Assembly (NCBI RefSeq): GCF_009914755.1
Contig: NC_060934.1
DNA length: 64,000 nt
From: the human T2T-CHM13v2.0 reference genome, Homo sapiens
Direction: 5' to 3' (one strand)
Shown: piece by piece, positions 54,798 to 64,000 of the stretch
Numbering within the stretch: the stretch's first letter is position 1
Layout of the letters: every line of letters starts with the position of its first letter
The notes under the pieces: model-generated
Told to the model about the DNA's origin: nothing
Seen by the model: the letters and a program-made list of their open reading frames with translations, nothing else
Database searches by the model: none
Program-made: the position numbers and the translations under genes

Positions 54798-56116
54798 TCA
54801 ATATCCCCTAAACTGGATATTCAAGGATCAGTGGCCACACAGAATCAGCCTCCCGAGCTTGACCTCTATTTTGTGTACAGCTTAACGGGGAGGACAATTC
54901 TAACTTGGGCAGCAGCTTTTCATATTCTAATGGAATTGCACACAAATTCTTTCATTTTCCAGTGAGCAATATCTAATTACATGGAGAAGAAACAAGAACA
55001 GGCTGTATATTGATGCGCCCTTCTTGAACTGTTTTCAAGAATCCCTCCTGCCAGTTCATTTTTCCCTGTGATAATGTCAGGGTACAGCTGGCTCCATTAC
55101 TCTGGCTGAGTAATTAAATTGATTCTAACTAGTAGTGTTTTCATCTTACCAGAGTTCCTCATTCTGTAGCTGTTCCTCCTTTTTTCTCTCTCTCTGGATA
55201 AAGATTTCCATTTTTTCACCTAACACTTTGAGGAAGGAAATGAAGATTTTCTTAAACTTTTCATTGAGAAAAAAATTATCACTCTCAAATGAAGAGTTAA
55301 GATGGAAAAATAATTCCCTTCAATTCCATCTTGGTAAAATTCCAGCATGACAAATGTATTTCATAATCTCCAACAGCACCCCAAAGTTCGAGGGAGAATT
55401 CTAACGATATGTATTGTCCACTGATTTTCAGGAAAGCAAGTTCTACAGAGTGTGGACTTTCCCGCTACATTGAATTTCTATCAATTCCTACCACTTCCAA
55501 AGCCCTTGGGGGATTTTTTTCACTGAAAATTGCAGTTCATTTTACCCTCTTAAAACACCTTTTCAGGCAGAAATCTCTTCCAAGAGAAATCCAGTTTTCC
55601 CACAGTATGAGGTAGGAATTTTCAGGGAGCGGTCTGCCCAGCCTGTATTTAATTCTTCTGAGATCGGTTTAGACTGGACTCTATTCCAGGATATCTTTTC
55701 TGCCTGCTGCCTCTTCTAACCTTTGCTCCCTGTTTGCAATAAATTATTGGTCGCTTTTTAAAAGATGTGAAATGATGTTATGGTTATAGATTTTTCTCTC
55801 TGTCTTTTAGAGGCCCACACTGAAATCACTTCTAGATGGTGCTTGATACCCGGACTGTGTAAGCAGATTTGATGAGGTACCCTGCAGTGAGGTCCCTGAA
55901 GTCAAGGATCCTGCCTCGTGTTTCTGTGCCTGCTCCGAAACTGCTCCCCAGGATCTGGCCTCTAGAGGGTACACAGTAAGTACTAGTGGAGTAAATGAGT
56001 GGCTTTGCTCTGCCTGGTGGCCAGCTGCTCGTCTGTTGACCTCATTTCCTGTAGCAAGCTTGTCCTGAGTCAGGGGCAGGGCTGCTGTCTTCTCTGATGT
56101 CATTAGAGAAGGCCGA

Positions 56117-56440
<324 letters not shown>

Positions 56441-57496
56441 AGAGAAGGCTGACCTGGGTGGAGGCCACCTAGACCTGGGGACACATCTGTTTGTGTTCCG
56501 TGTCCAGGCAGGTGTGCCATGAATGTGTCCTGAATGGAATTAAATGTAATCGAATGGGCCAGTTATACATGCTTGCGGGGAAGTAGGATGGCAACACATT
56601 CTCCTTAAACGTGGTCATTTGATCTGGGTGTAGATTGCAGAAGGTCTGACCTCAGCTTAATGTGAATGATTTGCACCCCAGGAGAGCAGGGGGTAACCCT
56701 CATTTGCTTATTTTCTCATCCCACATTATCCTCAGTGCACAACACGAACACGCTGCCCGCCCCAACTCCCAGTTGGCAGCTGGGGACACACTCGTCAGTT
56801 GAAGCCATTTGCCAGTATAGACCCAGCAAAACCCAGACAGGCCCAAACTCCTGATTTCAGCATCCGTGTGACAACTGTGGCAACAATTCTTTTCAGATAC
56901 ACATGAAGAAAATGTGAATGTGCTCCTTGGTGGCTCTCTGACAGAATCCCTAAAGGATGCTCACTATAGGAAAAGGAAAAAGAAATCTCAAACCAAAAGA
57001 AATATTTTACATCAAGTGTACAAGGCTGGAGAGGTGAGTGTGGAGCGTGGCGTGATGAGCACCGAGTGTGCTGGTGAAGGATCCTTCCTCTTCACAGTTT
57101 CCAAATGCCTATGAATTACACCAGAACTAAACTAGAATTCACACACTATTATTACTTGTTCTTCTAAAGGAAGCCTCCCTCTTCTTTTTTGTACAGACAG
57201 AAAACCCCTTAACTTGGCAAACTACAATATCTCAGAGGCTGCATGGTCTTCTTAAAAATGAGGAAACCTTAAAAGATAAATCAGATCATATTCCTATCTT
57301 GCCTGAGAAGCTTCAATGATGTCCCGCTGCTCTGCAGATAAGAATCCACGTTCCTGCTCTGGCCAACTGGGCTTTGCTGGCTCTGGTTCCTCCATTTCTA
57401 CCCAGCATCACTTCCCTCCAGCCCCCCACAGCCCCAAGGCTCCTGGCAGCAAGGTGTCCCCACAGCGCCCACAGGCCCATGGTCCCCTGCACCTGA

Positions 57497-57841
<345 letters not shown>

Positions 57842-60800
57842 TAGAACACCAGTTCCAAGAGGGCAAGAAACAGGCTTGTCCTGTTCACAGCTGTGTCCCT
57901 AACACCTATCAGTGTGTAACAGTGGCAGGGGCTCGGTGAATATGACTTGCAGATTCACCTACCCCACCCGAGGAGATGGCCCTATTCCTCCAACTCTCAT
58001 TTAACAGAAACTTTCTGCAAAAAAAAAAAAAAAAGGAATCTGTAAGAGTCATTTTTTGAATGTTAATATTGCCTTTTTTCCTACTCTAGGAAGTGACATT
58101 TACTATTACACTAAATATTCTTTGCTATGAGTGTTCAAGTCATTCACAATTTTCTTACTCCTATAAATGCAGCATACGTAGCCCTCACCTCCCTAAGACC
58201 AAGGGCTCCAAGCTCATTAATGGATAAACTCAACTGAGTTAAACTCCCACATGAATCCCCAGATACTGCTTTTGCCAAAGAGTCATTTCCAGGACAGGTC
58301 TTAAATGTTTAGAGACATAAAACACACACTCTTACACACACTTAAAGCCTTGCAGTAATTAATGATACAATCCATAAGGAACCCCCTCCAACCATCCCTG
58401 CAATGTGCAACTGAAGTCACACAAGTCTTAAGTTGAAATAGGACTCTATCCTTGTATTTACAGGCCTCAGGTCCCATTTGTCAGTGACAGCAATTGGTTA
58501 ATGTTTTCAGAGTTAGGATTCTGGAATGTTTTGATAAAGAATAAACAAGGTATATGAAGGGATATACTTTTCTCCTTTAAGCCATCTACAATACTTGGTT
58601 CTTTTTGATTCTGAGATGTTAATATCATTAAAGCAGTTACTGATTCATCTCTGAATCACCTTTGGAGCTGAGACTGAATTTAACTGACATCCCCAAGCCT
58701 CCATCAGTGGTGGGAGGAGGAAGACACAGGCTGGCTGGTGTTTGGATGTGGGCCAGTTTAAAGTGAGCCATCACACGGAAACTGTGGACATGCTGCTGAG
58801 TGACTGCTAAGGGCACTGGGAGTCTTTCCAGCAATGATGAGTAGGAATTCTGAAAAAGCCTTTAACTTTTTGATAGTTCCAAAATCCCTGTAAGCTAAGT
58901 AATAATATACTACCTTTGTGGAATGATTTACAATTTACAGACATGTGATCTCATTGAGTCCATTCTCCCACTCTCTCGGAGACACTATGAGGTAAGAGAA
59001 CCACCATTTTGAGATAATACCGGAGCAGCCGGGAAAACTCCACCACGGGTGATGGATGACTGAGGGCTGACTGAGCCGCTCGACCTCCCCCTCACTGTGG
59101 GCTTTTGTGATTAATTCACCTACTTGCTTAGGAAGTTGCTTTCCATCTGAGAAAATTAAAAACACCACTCTCTGGACAGGAATGTGGGATCATAAATGAG
59201 AAGCAAATAGAAAAGATTTATACAAAAGCACAAGCTCAGCAAAAGAGAAAACTCAGAAATTGCTAATATGGTATAAATCAAATAAAGGCTATTAGCAAAC
59301 CCCTGGTAATGGGGGAAAAAAAGCCTTTTAAATGATTTGTCGAGCTCTTAACAATACCATTTCTACCTACGGTGTTCAAATATCTCTGGGGCGATCTGGC
59401 TTGCATTCTTCAGCACTGCCATGAAGACTTTCCAATTGGAAAGGATTTAGATAAAACCATATAGAGTGCCAGAAAATATGCCTTGCTATTGTGCCTTCAG
59501 AATTATATAATTTTTAGAGCTGTAGAGTCTTCATCATCTGTGCATTCCTCCCCACGAGCACAGGGGTCAAAAATATTTGTTTAATATGTGAACAAGTGGG
59601 TGGAGAGACAGATGGAAAGAAAGGAGGAAGGAAGGGTGGATGGGTGGATGGATAGATGGTTGGATGGGTGGATGAAGACTGACTCACTCATCTTATTGAT
59701 GAGGAATGTAAGAGCCAGGGGGTTACTAAACTGCCTATATTATTTTAAAAAATGGTGTGAGAATTGGGACAACCAGATCTCTTCAAGTCCAGTGTTCTTG
59801 ATCTAGGTTTTCCTCTCTTCCATTGGTTTATCAATAATTAAAAAACATTAACAATATTAACAATATGATCTTCTTAGTCATGGGAAACCATTTCTGGAGG
59901 CCCATAGGCTAATGTATTTGTGCCCATCTGATGATCAGGGAAATCAGACACACAGTGCATTTTCTATGGCTATGAGTTCATTGAGAGTGAGAAAACACGA
60001 AGGCCACTCAGTTGCACATCAGTCTCCTGCCAAACTCACTGTCTGAAAGTCACCCAGCGTGTGGCCCAGCATAGCGATCAGGGCTTGTGAAATGTTGGAA
60101 ACAGAAGGCATCTATAGGCCCTTGGCCCAACCTTATACCCTAAGAAGGAAATCCTTGCCCCAAATGTCCAGCAAACAATTACTGTGCTTCCTCTCAGACA
60201 CCTTTAGTGACTAGGAACATATTACTTTTTAGGGTGGCCTCCCTTTTGGAGAGACACACATGTTAGTATCTTGAGTTTTGCAATATTTCATTTCCTATCG
60301 GTTAGTACTTTGACTTTGTGTACAGATCCTTGGTTTCTGTCATTACACACTCACAAAGCAACTTCCTCAACAAAGTCTTGGTGACTCCCTTGAATTATGC
60401 TTAAGAGGGAACCACAAACAGAAAGATGCCCCTGAAGCCTCTGCCCAAATGGGGGCGATGAACATGAGGAATCAGTCACTTGCTGTAAGAAGATGCCTCC
60501 TGATGGCTCCCATGAAAGGACAATCCCCTGATGAGCTGTGTGGTTCTGCTCAGTTCTTGTTTCAAGGGCAACTCAATGCCCTACAAACTATTTCCCAGGA
60601 GGCCCACAAGGCTATTGCTTGAAAAAGCACAGACACATTCTTTAACAATTCCTCCCTCTACTGGGTCTTTTAAACCGCAGTAGCAGGTATCCCCTCACAC
60701 CACGCTTGTCCCCTGGCCAGCAAGTCTTCACAGAGATGAGTCACTGGGCTGCTCAGAGCACTTGCCTCTTGCCCCAGTGTCTCCTTTTGGGAAACCCAGA

Positions 60801-61687
60801 GAGCAGGCTTGGGCTGGAATGTTCCATGAAAGTCAGTGTTCATAAGGTTTCAAGGTATAATAAAGAAGATAGCATTGTATCCAGCGCATGCTTCCCGTTA
60901 CTAATGAGAATCTTCTTAAACTAGCACAAAGTTCTAGTTTGGGATAGGCCCTTTATAGATATAAGAACACATCTGAATCTCTAATCCCTCCAAGGTGCAT
61001 CTGTTTCCACTTCGTTTGAACACTCCAAATAATGGAACTGTCTTGCTCTTTTCTGGTTGAACCAAGTCGGGAGTGTCAGGAAAGCATTAAATAAGGAACA
61101 GCATTGTAATATACCAAAGCAGAGAAATCATTTCATTTAAACCTCTAAGATCTGGTAAGGTGATGTCAGGGCAGAGACACTACAAACCCCCAAGCTACCG
61201 ACTTCAGAGACACCCTAGGGCCAACCCTGGGGAAAGAAATACCTTCTACCCAGCACCCTCTAAAGACATGTGGCCCATCTCCACTCTGCCCAGTGAGTTT
61301 ACATGTGGCCCATCTCCACTGCCCAGGCTTTCAGATGGCTGGCTCCTGGGACTGCCTGGCAGCTGGAGCCGTAGGCTCAAATAAAAAACACTTGCTGGGA
61401 CAGGAAGATAATTAGCGATTTCTAAACACAGACAGCATCCATGCCCACCATTCCTCAAGGAAAAGGTCAGCCCTCTTCCTTGTACACACCATGTAGCATT
61501 GCCATCTGGCTGCCCATGGCTCTCCAGAGTAGCACAGGCCACCCTTGCTTCTTGGGAAGGAATTACTTTTTGGAAGCTTCCCTGGGTGCTCTGACCAGAA
61601 AACCAGAGACACTTTGACTCATCTGGTTCCCAACACACACTTCAAGCCATGCACACTGTCAAAGCAGATGGAAGCAATGGTACTTGC

Positions 61688-61836
61688 CCGGTGGAAGCGT
61701 TCATGATGCAGCCTCCTTTCTCAACCGCCATTTGACAGCTACAGCCCCTGTCCAGTGTGTCATGATTCATCCCGAAATTGTGGCCCAGCTCATGTGCCAG
61801 GGTCACGGCTGCACCAAGGGGATTGTCTGAATGGTC
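61688..61836 (-). CDS. ADAM12: ADAM12 exon ~11: catalytic zinc-binding exon ([26 protein letters not shown]...GGCIMNAST+GG)
   Basis: Manual translation shows the HExGHxxGxxHD metzincin motif and CIM Met-turn. 149 nt = 49 codons + 2. Acceptor ttctttgag|, donor |gcaagt. Absent from the ORF track. Confidence 0.96.
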
Positions 61837-62856
61837 CTCAAAGAAAACACAAAAGTACAGGTGTATAATTCATATCTCCTTGGCCTTATTTCCCAGGTCT
61901 CCCTCCCCACAGAAATATACCTTTCATTAACATTTGACTTAATGTAATTCCTTATAAGGGACCAAGGTAAAACGCTATCATTTAGTTTAAACTTAAAAAG
62001 ATATAATTTGACATTTCATTAAGCCAGTTTGGGGTCCTTTCGGCTGAGGAATGTCTGTATGCCGCACGTATACATGTGTGATTCTTTATGTTTTTACATG
62101 ACATCTTCAAGGCAGGGTCTCCATTCTGCTTCCTACAATTGCCCCACAAAACTCTTCCATTGAATGAAGCAAAAAGTCATCCTGCATCATAGGAAAAGCT
62201 CATTCCTTCATGGGCCATAGAAGTATCATTTTACCTTTGATTGAGATGATGCTGATATAAAGGTGACAGGTGCAAGCACGCTTAATGACATTCTAAATGA
62301 GCCCTGAGAGGTTGTCATTGAGCCTGCCTCTTCCTGTGTGCTTGGTCGGGGAGGACAGTTGGAAAATTCACAATACTTCATAATAAATCTGACCACATTG
62401 AGTCATCTGTTTGAAGAGCCATTCATTTCATTTAAGATTATAAACCAGCTATATCTTATTCTTGCTGGCTCTTTGTGTTGCCAGGCAGACTTTGGAAATG
62501 GGAGGTGTCCCGATTCTCTGACTCTTGCGGCTGGGGGTTCATTAACCTTTTGCTTGGATATGGAAGGCGGCTTCTCCATTCAACAAGCACTACTTGGCCA
62601 CCCCTAACTTAGTGGAGTGCCTGGATGGCTTGGCTCAAACAGATACTAGAAATTAACTAAAAAATATAGTTACTTAACTTTTACAAACTGAAATTAGTTA
62701 ATTAGCATATATGATCTACAGAAACAGTGCCTATATACAACATTTCTGAAAAGGCCTGTATACCATGGAGTAAGGAAAATACCCTGTTTGAATCTTGCTT
62801 TGTGCTACTTAGGAAAGAGATAAGATGTTTTCCAAGAGGCTTCCAAGAAACAGTGC

Positions 62857-63596
<740 letters not shown>

Positions 63597-64000
63597 AATA
63601 TGATACTGAATTTCAGAGAGCACACTGATACAGTCTGTGTGAGGCTCCTGGATAAAAGTGTGCTCATGTAAGATCTTACAGGTTTGTTGACAGTGTTTAC
63701 AATGAGGCTTCTGTCTAAGAAAACAATAGCATATCAAGGAACCAAGATAATCTTACAGTAGATGAAATTCCTAATAAATTACTTTGTTTAGATTTTAGAG
63801 TTTCCTGTTGTAGGAAGTTTACAAATATGTTTCAGGAAATCGGTTCTCGAAAATAACACAATGGTGAAGAGAATGTAGTCAGTCTAAGAACATAGGGGCT
63901 GAAGTTACCATGCTCTGGCACAAAATTCAAGGAATTCACCCTTAAAAAATATTCTTCTGATTCTTTTGTGTCATTGAATGTCTTGGTTTTTAGTTGCCAG

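Overview
This is primate (almost certainly human) genomic DNA covering the 3' half of ADAM12 (meltrin-alpha) on the minus strand. I reconstructed 11 consecutive coding exons by hand. They are approximately exons 11-21; numbering is inferred from the recalled 23-exon structure. They encode the end of the metalloprotease domain ([12 protein letters not shown] zinc motif, CIM Met-turn), the disintegrin, cysteine-rich and EGF-like domains, the transmembrane helix and most of the Pro-rich tail. The alternative terminal exon of secreted ADAM12-S is also present. All exon phases join into one open frame. The rest is intron containing Alu, L1, L2, MIR, MaLR LTR, MER DNA-transposon fragments and simple repeats. 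I found no evidence of a wholly new biological system. The most interesting details are: (1) the catalytic exon has a GC donor and a GAG acceptor; (2) the ADAM12-S exon has a cluster of in-frame AG acceptors; (3) a locally templated inverted-plus-direct insertion forms a hairpin at ~3.25 kb; (4) an AluY with a 12-bp deletion lies 47 nt behind the TM exon, and the deletion removes an in-frame stop; (5) inverted Alus bracket the L/S decision region; (6) an L1 has a twin-priming inversion. Repeat subfamily names come from recalled consensus sequences, not database searches.
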